Shown: positions 1 to 10,643 of the stretch, piece after piece
Position numbering within the stretch: the first letter of the stretch is position 1
How the letters are laid out: every line of letters begins with the position of its first letter
From: an uncultured Holophagales bacterium
Lineage (GTDB): Bacteria > Acidobacteriota > Thermoanaerobaculia > Multivoradales > UBA5704
Assembly (NCBI GenBank): GCA_963741305.1
Contig: CAVUHL010000003.1
Coordinates: forward strand, 2,959,675 to 3,023,674
DNA: 64,000 nt
Direction of reading: 5' to 3'
The notes under the pieces: generated by a model
What the model was told of the DNA's origin: nothing
The model's database searches: none
What the model saw: only the letters and a program-made list of their open reading frames with translations
Program-made: the position numbers and the translations under genes

Positions 1-396
1 CCCGAGCGGCTCTACGTGGCCACGGGCAACCGCGGCATCCTCGCGCTCTACGAGCCGGAGGAATGCGCGCCGGGGCCGGCGAAGCTCTGCCTCCAAGGGG
101 GACGCTTCCAGGTCGAAGTCGCCTGGACGGACTTCCAGGGCAACGACGGCCTGGGCCAGACGATCCCCCTGACCAACGAGACGGGGGGATTCTGGTTCTT
201 CGACCCGGCCAACGTGGAGCTGGTCGTGAAGGTGCTGGACGGCCGCGGCACGAACGGCAAGTTCTGGGTGTTCGTGGCGTCGCTGACCAGCGTGGAGCTC
301 AGCCTGACCGTGACCGACACCGAGACCGGCCAGCAGAAGGCCTACCACAACCCGTCAGGGCACATGGCGAGCTTCGCAGACACGGAGGCCTTCTAG
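1..396 (+). CDS. 3' end of a protein with a lineage-specific C-terminal beta-rich domain (partial, runs off window start)
   Basis: Frame open from position 1. The segment LCLQGGRFQVEVAW...FWFFDPANVELVVKVLDG..NGKFWVF..LT ends at the stop and resembles the C-terminal domains of 56552..58750. Confidence 0.75.
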   Translation, partial: PERLYVATGNRGILALYEPEECAPGPAKLCLQGGRFQVEVAWTDFQGNDGLGQTIPLTNETGGFWFFDPANVELVVKVLDGRGTNGKFWVFVASLTSVELSLTVTDTETGQQKAYHNPSGHMASFADTEAF

Positions 397-2165
397 GCGT
401 ACAGGCGCTCGATCTCGTCCGCGTACTTCTCGTAGATCACCCGCCGCTTGAGCTTCATCGTGGGGGTGAGCTCGCCCCCCTCGATGCTCAGCTCCTCGGG
501 GAGGATGATGAAGCGCTTGATGGTCTCGTAGCGCGCCAGGGTCTTGTTGACCTCTTCCACCTGCCGCTCCAGGTGCTGGTGGAAGATGGCGCAATTGGCC
601 AGATCCTTCGGCTCGCGCACGGGGCTGCCGGCGGCCTCGGCCTCGGCAGTGGCCCGCAGCGGGTCGAGCGTGACCAGGGCCGCCAGGTAGTTGCGGCGGT
701 CCCCCAGGACGACCGCCTGCGAGACGACCGGGATCTGCTTGAGCTTGCTCTCCAGGATCTGGGGGCCGATGTTCTTGCCGCCCGAGGTAATGAGCAGCTC
801 CTTCTTGCGGTCGGTGATGCGGAGGAAGCCTTCCGGATCGATCTCGCCGATGTCGCCCGAGTGGAGCCACCCGTTGCTGTCCACCGTCTCCGTCGTGGCT
901 GCCTCGTTCTTGTAGTAGCCCGGGAAGACGTGGGGGCCGCGCATCATGACCTCGCCGTCCTCGGCAGTCTTGACCTCGGTGCCCTCGATGGCCAGGCCGA
1001 CCTTGCCCAGGCGGTAGCGGTTCGGGTACGAGAAAGTCGCCGGACCGGTGCACTCGCTCATCCCGTAGACCTCCAGGATGGGGATGCCGAGGCTGCTGAA
1101 GAAGCGCAGCGTCTCCACGGAGATCGGCGCGGTCGAGGTCGAGCAGACGCGCGCCCGGTCGAGCCCCAGCCGCTCGCGCACCTTGGAGAAGACCAGCTTG
1201 TGGGCAAGCCCGTAGAGGAACGGCTTGCCGCGCCCGGCCTGCTCGGCCTCCCCTGCTTGCAACCCCACGCCGCGCGCCCAGGCCGAGATCTTCTTCTTGA
1301 CCGGCGGGTTCGCCGCTCCCGCGGCCATGATGGCGGCCTGCATCTTCTCCCACACGCGGGGCACGGCGAAGAAGAAGTGCGGCCTCACCTCGCGCAGGTT
1401 CTCACCCAGTTTCTCCAGGCTCTCGGCGAACCAGGAGCACCCCCCCATCGCCATCGGCGAGTGGAGGGAGACCACCTGCTCGGCGATGTGGCTGAGCGGC
1501 AGGTAGCTGATCAGGTCGTCGTCCGGATTGACGCCGTAGGCCTCGGCGACCCGCCGGGCCGTCCAGGTGACGTTGTGGTGGGTGAGCATGACCGCCTTGG
1601 GCGGGCCGGTGGTGCCGGAGGTGTAGATCAGGGTGCAGACGTCCTCGGGCTTCTGGGCGTCCAGGCGGGCCTGCAGGTCGCTCTCGGGCACCTCCTTCGC
1701 GAGCTCCAGGAGCTGCTTCCAGGAGGTGGCCCCTTCGTGCTCGCCTTCCATGAGGACGATGGCCTTGAGGGCCGGCAGCCGGTCGCGGATGGAGAGGAAG
1801 GCTTCCAGGTAGCGCGCGTTTTCCAGCACGGCCACCGTGGCCCCGGCGTGCTCCGAGATGTACTGGCACTGCTCGGGGGTGCTGGTGACGTAGATGCCCG
1901 CGGGCAGCGCGCCGGCCATGATGGCCCCCATGTCCGCGAGGAACCATTCGGGCCGGTTGTAGCCCATGATCACCACGCCCTCGCGCGCCTGAACACCGAG
2001 GCGCAGGAAGCCGCGGGCGACGAGCCTCGACTGGTCGCGGTACTCCTTCCAGGTCGTGGCCTGCCAGCGGCCGTCGCGCTTCACCCGCATCGCCGGACGG
2101 TCGGCGTGCGTGCCGGCCCTCCGCTCCAGAACCTCGAACACGGTCTCGGGTACAGGCATAGCCAT
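393..2165 (-). CDS. Long-chain fatty acid--CoA ligase (AMP-binding)
   Basis: YTSGTTGPPK, YGMSE, HSGDIG and DRKKELLITSGGKNI motifs. Confidence 0.93.
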   Translation of the reverse strand: MAMPVPETVFEVLERRAGTHADRPAMRVKRDGRWQATTWKEYRDQSRLVARGFLRLGVQAREGVVIMGYNRPEWFLADMGAIMAGALPAGIYVTSTPEQCQYISEHAGATVAVLENARYLEAFLSIRDRLPALKAIVLMEGEHEGATSWKQLLELAKEVPESDLQARLDAQKPEDVCTLIYTSGTTGPPKAVMLTHHNVTWTARRVAEAYGVNPDDDLISYLPLSHIAEQVVSLHSPMAMGGCSWFAESLEKLGENLREVRPHFFFAVPRVWEKMQAAIMAAGAANPPVKKKISAWARGVGLQAGEAEQAGRGKPFLYGLAHKLVFSKVRERLGLDRARVCSTSTAPISVETLRFFSSLGIPILEVYGMSECTGPATFSYPNRYRLGKVGLAIEGTEVKTAEDGEVMMRGPHVFPGYYKNEAATTETVDSNGWLHSGDIGEIDPEGFLRITDRKKELLITSGGKNIGPQILESKLKQIPVVSQAVVLGDRRNYLAALVTLDPLRATAEAEAAGSPVREPKDLANCAIFHQHLERQVEEVNKTLARYETIKRFIILPEELSIEGGELTPTMKLKRRVIYEKYADEIERLYA

Positions 2166-2201
2166 GGGGCCTCCTCGAATGATCGAAAGCTACTCTAGCA
2201 C

Positions 2202-3260
2202 CTAGGCCTCGGCTACTGGGGCCTGCATCTGCTCGAACGCCTGCTTGATGTTCTCCAGGCGCTCGCCCGGCTTTCCCTCGCGCATGAGGTTGACGTAGTC
2301 GCGGGCGGAGCGCAGGGTGCGCAAGCGCTGGCGGTAGACTTCCAGCCGGCGGCGGGCCTGGCTGCGGCGCTCCTCGAGCTGCGGGTCTTCCAGGCGCGCC
2401 ACCACCTCGGGCAACGCCTCCAGCGTATGGCAGAGGAGCAGCACGTCGCAGCCCGCCGCGAAGGCCAGGACCGAGCGCTCGGGCAGGTCCCCCCAGTCGT
2501 CCAACGCCTTCATCTCCAGGTCGTCGCTGAAGCAGAGGCCGTCGAACTGGAGACGGCCCCGGAGCACGCCGCCGATGATTGCCGGCGACAGCGTCGCCGG
2601 CCGCTGCTCGGCATCGTAGGCGGGATAGATGGCATGGCTCACCATGACCGAGCCCGCGAGCCGCGCCAGGGCGTCGAAGGGATCGAGGTCCGCCTGCAGG
2701 ACCACGGAGGGGAGATAGACGCAGGCGAGCTTGAAGTGGGTGTCCGCGGCCGCTCCGCCAAGGCCGGGGAAGTGCTTCAGCGAGCCGCCCGCCCCGCCCA
2801 TGTGCAGGCCCCGCAGGAAGGCCCGGGCCCGCGGGATGATCTCGGCCGGCGTCGCCCCCAGGTAGCGGCCGTCGAGGGCGTTGTCGGCCTCGTTGCGGTC
2901 GAGGTCCACCACCGGCGCGAAGTCCACGTCGAGGTCGAAGAGGCGCAGCGACTGGGCGACCCAGAGCCCGGCCTGGAGCGACAGGCTCGTCGGCCTCCGG
3001 CGCAGCAGCTCCGCGGACGGGGCCGGCCCGACGATGTCCTTGAGGCGGTCCACCTTCCCCCCCTCGGCGTCGATGGCCAGGACCGCGTCGGGAAGGATGG
3101 CGCGGATGGAGCGCACCAGCTCGCCGAGCTGCTCGACGGCCTGGATGTTGCGCTTGAAGAGGACGATCCCGCCGGGCTGATGCTCGGCGAGCAACGCGGC
3201 CGAGGCGGAATCCAGCTCGGTCCCAGGGATTCCTACAAAGACATGCTCGGCAGCGCTCAT
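2202..3260 (-). CDS. nagZ: Beta-N-acetylhexosaminidase, GH3
   Basis: AIDAEGGKV, FAPVVD, KHFPGLG..DTH and SDDLEM motifs. Confidence 0.88.
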   Translation of the reverse strand: MSAAEHVFVGIPGTELDSASAALLAEHQPGGIVLFKRNIQAVEQLGELVRSIRAILPDAVLAIDAEGGKVDRLKDIVGPAPSAELLRRRPTSLSLQAGLWVAQSLRLFDLDVDFAPVVDLDRNEADNALDGRYLGATPAEIIPRARAFLRGLHMGGAGGSLKHFPGLGGAAADTHFKLACVYLPSVVLQADLDPFDALARLAGSVMVSHAIYPAYDAEQRPATLSPAIIGGVLRGRLQFDGLCFSDDLEMKALDDWGDLPERSVLAFAAGCDVLLLCHTLEALPEVVARLEDPQLEERRSQARRRLEVYRQRLRTLRSARDYVNLMREGKPGERLENIKQAFEQMQAPVAEA

Positions 3261-3296
3261 TGGGTCGGGGCCCCCCTCGTGCCCCAGCTCACTACA

Positions 3297-5954
<2,658 letters not shown>

Positions 5955-5979
5955 GGAAAGGGAGTATATCCGGAGGTCG

Positions 5980-6091
5980 AAGGACACCAAGAACCTCAAG
6001 GACACCAAGGACGCCAAGGACGCCAAGGACATCCGGAGAGATCCTTACTGTCCTTACTGTCCTTGCTGTCCTTGGTGTCCTTTTGGTCCTT
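5980..6091. repeat. Palindromic array of 9-bp units (6x AAGGACRCC-like, then 6x inverted nnnGTCCTT)
   Basis: Units at 5980, 5989, 5998, 6007, 6016, 6025; inverted units at 6038-6091; lies between divergent mutS and tsaB. Confidence 0.9.
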
Positions 6092-6110
6092 TCATGCATA
6101 CTCCCCCACC

Positions 6111-6755
6111 ATGCCTCTCCTCCTAGCCCTCGACACCGGCTCCCCCCAGGTGAGCGTAGCCCTGGGCCGAGATGGCCACCTGCTCGCCGAGCGCTCTGTG
6201 GAGATAGACCGCTCCTCGGGGCGCCTCTTGGAAATGATCGCCGAGGTGCTCGCCGAAGCCGGTGCGAAGCCGGCGGACCTCGGGGGCGTCCTGGCGCTTC
6301 AGGGACCCGGGAGCTTCACCGGCCTGCGCATCGGGCTGGCCACGGCCCTGGGGCTGCACCAGGCGCTGGGGGTACCGGCCACGGCTATCTCTACCCTGCG
6401 GGTCCTGGCCGCCCGGGCTGCCGAGCCGGGCACGGTCGTCGCCGCGGTGGATGCCCTCCGGGGCGAGTGGAGCGCCCAGGCGTTCCGGGGAGACGAGCCG
6501 CTGAGCGGGATGGAGCTGGTCCATGGCAGCAACCTCCCCTCCCTGCTACCTGGGATCACGGCCGTTACCGGTTTCGGGGTTTCGCGGTTGGCGGAGCTTC
6601 CGGACTGGCCGGCAGAGATCCGGCTGATCGAAGGGGCACCTCTCGCCGGCACTGCGCTCAAGCTGATCCCGACCTGGGATACCGGCCTCCTGATTCATCC
6701 CCTCTACTCACGTCCCCCTGCGGTAACACAACCCCGTCGCCGCAACCTGTCATAA
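6111..6755 (+). CDS. tsaB: tRNA threonylcarbamoyladenosine biosynthesis protein TsaB
   Basis: LLALDTGS...GPGSFTGLRIG; this is the 3' part of ORF 3321..6755. Confidence 0.93.
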   Translation: MPLLLALDTGSPQVSVALGRDGHLLAERSVEIDRSSGRLLEMIAEVLAEAGAKPADLGGVLALQGPGSFTGLRIGLATALGLHQALGVPATAISTLRVLAARAAEPGTVVAAVDALRGEWSAQAFRGDEPLSGMELVHGSNLPSLLPGITAVTGFGVSRLAELPDWPAEIRLIEGAPLAGTALKLIPTWDTGLLIHPLYSRPPAVTQPRRRNLS

Positions 6756-6765
6756 GATCAGGGGG

Positions 6766-7224
6766 ATGCAAGCCCTGAAGCCTGTCCTCTCCATCCGCCA
6801 AGCCAGCGCGGAGGACTTGCCTCGCGTTGCCTGGCTGGAAGACGCCGCTTTCGCCGATCCCTGGCCCTTCGACCTCCTCGCCTATGAATTCGGCCACCCG
6901 CGGGGGTTCCTGCTGGTGGCGAGCTGGGACGACGGCCCCCCCTCGGGGTATGTGGCCTTCCGCCACGGCGGCGGCGAGTCCGAGCTGCTGCGCCTCGCGG
7001 TCGATCCCGCGGAGCAACGGCGCGGCGTGGCCCGGACCCTCGTCGAGCACGGCCTCCAGAGGCTGCGGGAAGAAGGGAAGATCGACTCCTGCCACCTGGA
7101 AGTCCGCATGGACAACGTCGGCGCGATCGCCTTCTACCAGGCCCTCGGCTTCCAGCGCACCGGACGCCGCAAGAGCTACTACCGGGACGGAACCGACGCC
7201 GCGATCTACTCTCTGGCGCTTTGA
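6766..7224 (+). CDS. rimI: Ribosomal-protein-alanine N-acetyltransferase (GNAT)
   Basis: LAVDP..RRGVA, LEVR..N..AIAFY..LGF...GRRKSYY; follows tsaB. Confidence 0.88.
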   Translation: MQALKPVLSIRQASAEDLPRVAWLEDAAFADPWPFDLLAYEFGHPRGFLLVASWDDGPPSGYVAFRHGGGESELLRLAVDPAEQRRGVARTLVEHGLQRLREEGKIDSCHLEVRMDNVGAIAFYQALGFQRTGRRKSYYRDGTDAAIYSLAL

Positions 7225-7336
7225 GGGCGCCCGGTGCTATCCTGAATTCGACCCCGGCATGACGACACGTCAAACATCCCCCGCTCCGTCCGCTTCACCA
7301 CATCCCCACGTTTCTGCAGTCAAGGAGGCTATTGCC

Positions 7337-7570
7337 ATGCCCAACCGCGACGAGCTGAAGGAGGAGTTGATTCAAACCGATGGCGAGTTCCGCCGCCTGT
7401 TCGAGGAGCACCAGGAGTACGAGCGGCGGCTCCACGACATCCAGCAGAAGTCCCTCCTCTCCGAGGACGACGAGGCCGAGGAGAAGCGCATCAAGCTGCA
7501 CAAGCTGGTGCTGAAGGACCAGATGGAGGCCATCCTGCGCACCCACCGGGAGAGCCGGGTCTCCGCCTGA
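7337..7570 (+). CDS. Small coiled-coil protein, DUF465/YdcH-like
   Basis: AAGGAGG RBS; FRRLFEEHQEYE...KRIKLHKLVLKDQM. Confidence 0.8.
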   Translation: MPNRDELKEELIQTDGEFRRLFEEHQEYERRLHDIQQKSLLSEDDEAEEKRIKLHKLVLKDQMEAILRTHRESRVSA

Positions 7571-7587
7571 CGGGATCCGGAGCGCCG

Positions 7588-8232
7588 ATGACGTTCGCCA
7601 AAGAGGCCTGGCCCTTCGTCCTGCCGTTCGTCTTCGGAGCGGCAATCCTCTACTGGTTCGACCAACCGGGCTGGGCCCTCGCGGCCCTCGTCGTCGGCCT
7701 CCTCGTCCTCCTCTTCTTCCGCGACCCCACCCGCGGCTACGAGGGCGAGGTCGGGGTCGTCCTGGCCGCGGCCGACGGCCTGATCACCCGCATCGACACC
7801 ATCGAAGATCCGCAGGTCGGCCCTGGCCGCTACCACCGGATCGTCACCTTCCTCTCCGTATTCGACGTCCACGTGCAGAAAGTCCCGGCCGCAGGCGAGG
7901 TGGTCACCTCCCTCTACGCCGTGGGCAGGAAAGTCGCGGCCTTCCGCGAAGACGCGGGCGACGTCAACGAAAAACACCTCACCGTGATCCGCCGCCAGAA
8001 CGGCGACACGATCGGGGTGCGGCAGATCGCCGGCCTGCTTGCCCGGCGGGTGGTCTGTTATTTGAAAGAGGGAGATCACGTGCACCGGGGGCAGGCGATG
8101 GGGCTCATCAAGTTCAGCTCGCGGGTCGATCTCCTGGTGCCGGAGAGCTACGAGCTGAAGGTGAAGAAGGGGGACCGAGTGAAGAACGGTGCAACGCCCA
8201 TGGCACTCCCCCCAGGGGAACCAGCCAAATGA
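7588..8232 (+). CDS. psd: Phosphatidylserine decarboxylase proenzyme (short type)
   Basis: FFRDP, AAADG, FLSVFDVH, QIAGLLARR, KFSSRVD. Confidence 0.92.
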   Translation: MTFAKEAWPFVLPFVFGAAILYWFDQPGWALAALVVGLLVLLFFRDPTRGYEGEVGVVLAAADGLITRIDTIEDPQVGPGRYHRIVTFLSVFDVHVQKVPAAGEVVTSLYAVGRKVAAFREDAGDVNEKHLTVIRRQNGDTIGVRQIAGLLARRVVCYLKEGDHVHRGQAMGLIKFSSRVDLLVPESYELKVKKGDRVKNGATPMALPPGEPAK

Positions 8233-9044
8233 TCCAGGACACGCCCCGGCGCCCGGTCTCCCAGAGGCTGCAACGGGGCGCGTACCTGCTGCCGAGCCTG
8301 TTCACCGTCGCCAACATGCTGCTCGGCTTCTACGCCGTCGTGTGCGGGCTGCGGGGGCAGTTCCGGCTGGCGGCGATCCTGGTCTTCGTCGCGGCCATCG
8401 TGGACACGTTCGACGGCCTCATCGCCCGGGTCACCGGTACCGAAAGCGACTTCGGCAAGGAGTACGACTCGCTCGCCGACGTGATCACCTTCGGCGCCGT
8501 ACCCGCCATCCTGACCTGGCTCTGGGGGCTCGACGAGCTCCACCGCGACGCCTGGCTGCTGTCCGCGTTCTTCATGATCTGCACCGCGACCCGGCTCGCC
8601 CGCTTCAACGTACAGCACAAGGTGGTGGACAAGCGCTGGTTCGTGGGCCTGCCCACGCCGGCCGCGGCCGGTACGATCTGCTCGCTCCTCTTCTACGCTC
8701 CCGACCCGGAGTGGAAGACCTGGATGATCGCGCTGGTGGCGGTGTCGCTGCTGCTGGTCGGCCTGCTCATGGTTTCGACCTTCCGTTACCGCAGCGTCAA
8801 GGGGTTCGACCCGCGGCAGCGGATGAGCTACCGGATAGCAGTGCCCATCGCGGCGCTGCTCCTGGTCATCTACTACCAGCCCTACGCCTTCTTCCTGATC
8901 CTGGCGGTCGCCTACACCCTCTCTGGACCGGCTCTCTGGCTGTTCGGCCAGATCCGTGGACGCGGCCGCAACCAGCCGCCCGAGGGCCCCCCCGAGATCC
9001 ACGTGGAGCCGGTTCAGGACGACCTGCCTCCTCTTCGCCGATGA
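8229..9044 (+). CDS. pssA: CDP-diacylglycerol--serine O-phosphatidyltransferase
   Basis: LPSLFT, D.FDG.IAR....SDFGKEYDSLAD, RLARFN, FVGLPTP; coupled to psd. Confidence 0.93.
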   Translation: MIQDTPRRPVSQRLQRGAYLLPSLFTVANMLLGFYAVVCGLRGQFRLAAILVFVAAIVDTFDGLIARVTGTESDFGKEYDSLADVITFGAVPAILTWLWGLDELHRDAWLLSAFFMICTATRLARFNVQHKVVDKRWFVGLPTPAAAGTICSLLFYAPDPEWKTWMIALVAVSLLLVGLLMVSTFRYRSVKGFDPRQRMSYRIAVPIAALLLVIYYQPYAFFLILAVAYTLSGPALWLFGQIRGRGRNQPPEGPPEIHVEPVQDDLPPLRR

Positions 9045-9985
9045 GTACCATCGCGATCCTCCACCCCGCGAGCCTGGTCGGCAAGGAGCTGCGCGAGGGC
9101 CTCGAAAACCGCATGAAGGAATGGCGGGAGGTCCGCCTGTTCAGCACCGACCCCGAGGAGATCGGCACCCTGACCGAGGTCTTGGGTGCCGCGGCCCTCG
9201 TGCAGCTCTACGAGCCCGAGGGCCTGAAGAACGTCTCGACCATCTACTTCTGCGGCCCGATCGAGAAAAACCGTCCGCTCTTCGCCGACGTGCCCCCCGG
9301 CGCGACCGTGGTGGTGCTCTCGCCGGACGCGACGCCCGCCGACGGAGAGCCGGTGGTGGCCGGGGTGAACTCCGACGCGGTGCGAGGGGGAGCACGCCTG
9401 CTCTCGCCGCATCCGGCGCTGGTCCTGCTCGCCCACGTGATCGCCCCATTGCGCGCCTTCCAGCCCGTGGACATGGTGGCCACGCTGATCCAGCCGGCCT
9501 CGGTCCAGGGGGACGCCGGCGTCCAGGAGCTGTTCGAGCAGACGCGGGAGATCGTGGCCATGATTGGCCAAAAGGCCACGCAGGTCTACGGCGCGCAGCT
9601 CTCGTTCAACCTGCTGCCCACAGCCTCCGAGGCCCTGCCGCTCTCCGAGCTGCTCCAGAAGATCGTGCCCGAGACGCCCCCGATCCCCCTGCAAGTGCTC
9701 CAGGGAGGCATCTTCCACGGCCTGGCCGCGAGCCTCTACGTCCGCTTCGGGGCAAGCGCGAACCCGAAGGCGCTCCACAAGGCCCTCAAGGCCAATCCCT
9801 ACATCGAGCTCGCGAAGGACCCCGTCCACCTCGGCCCGATCGACTCGGCCGCCAGCGACAAGGTCATCGTCGGCAACGTCCGCGAGGACGCCTCCGGAGG
9901 CTTCTGGTTCTGGGCGGTGATGGACAACCTCACCCGCGGCATGGCCCTGAATGCCATTGAGATTGCGGAGGCGGTGGGGGGCTGA
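9041..9985 (+). CDS. Aspartate-semialdehyde dehydrogenase-like (Usg-like) protein, degenerate active site
   Basis: SLVGKEL, PVVAGVN, QLSFNLLP, VGNVRED, WAVMDNLTRGMALNA; lacks GATG and the NPNC catalytic Cys. Confidence 0.75.
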   Translation: MSTIAILHPASLVGKELREGLENRMKEWREVRLFSTDPEEIGTLTEVLGAAALVQLYEPEGLKNVSTIYFCGPIEKNRPLFADVPPGATVVVLSPDATPADGEPVVAGVNSDAVRGGARLLSPHPALVLLAHVIAPLRAFQPVDMVATLIQPASVQGDAGVQELFEQTREIVAMIGQKATQVYGAQLSFNLLPTASEALPLSELLQKIVPETPPIPLQVLQGGIFHGLAASLYVRFGASANPKALHKALKANPYIELAKDPVHLGPIDSAASDKVIVGNVREDASGGFWFWAVMDNLTRGMALNAIEIAEAVGG

Positions 9986-10035
9986 ACACTTGAATCGGCG
10001 ACCCGGATCTCGTAGACTCACAACCGGAGATCGTC

Positions 10036-10278
10036 ATGAAACGTCATCTGATCCGAATTGCCCAAGCCAAACCGAATCAAGCTCTCCTCCAGAAGCGAGC
10101 GCCTGAGCCTCCGCACGGCAATCGCTTGAAAAGCTGGCTTGCCGATGCCGAGCAGCTGGCAAACGAGATCCGTTCCAGGCTGGGGCACGATCTGGACGTG
10201 GACGATCTCCTGGAGCAAAGCCGCAAGGATCTGGAACACTCCCGAGCAGGGCCGCTGGGCCCTGAACAAGATTCATAA
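10036..10278 (+). CDS. Small hypothetical protein
   Basis: GGAG RBS before ATG; amphipathic helical C-terminus; no recognisable motif. Confidence 0.45.
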   Translation: MKRHLIRIAQAKPNQALLQKRAPEPPHGNRLKSWLADAEQLANEIRSRLGHDLDVDDLLEQSRKDLEHSRAGPLGPEQDS

Positions 10279-10378
10279 CCTGCCGATCCGCCTCTGCCCT
10301 CCAGACTCGGCGCAGGCCTCGGATGCCCGGGCACCCGCTCCTCGTACTCGCCCCGCGTGAACTGTCGAGCGTCTCATC

Positions 10379-10643
10379 TGTACAAACGATCTCCCCCTCT
10401 GTACACCCGAGCGTCTCGGGTGGCCGTTCGAGCAACTCGTCTGTACAAACTAGCCGCTCGCCTGTACATTGGAGCGGCTCGGTCGTACAAATGAGCGACT
10501 CATCTGTACAGCCGAGTGACTCGGGAATCTACCCAAGAGGCTCCAATGTACAATCGAACAGATCCTCTGTACATTTGAGCGGCTCGGGAATCCACTTTGG
10601 ACGCTCGGGTGTACAAACGAGCGGCTTGTTTGTACACCCGAGC
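10379..10643. repeat. 21-bp phased array, core TGTACA (often TGTACAnnnGAGC)
   Basis: TGTACA at 10379, 10400, 10442, 10463, 10505, 10547, 10568, 10610, 10631 (CGTACA at 10484); all spacings are multiples of 21. Confidence 0.9.

Noticed and set aside
63-2198. Long antisense or alternate-frame ORFs (also 21042..23945, 31525..33933, 36500..38422, 44184..46175, 49149..50753)
   Set aside because: Typical high-GC shadow ORFs overlapping well-supported genes, with no motifs of their own.
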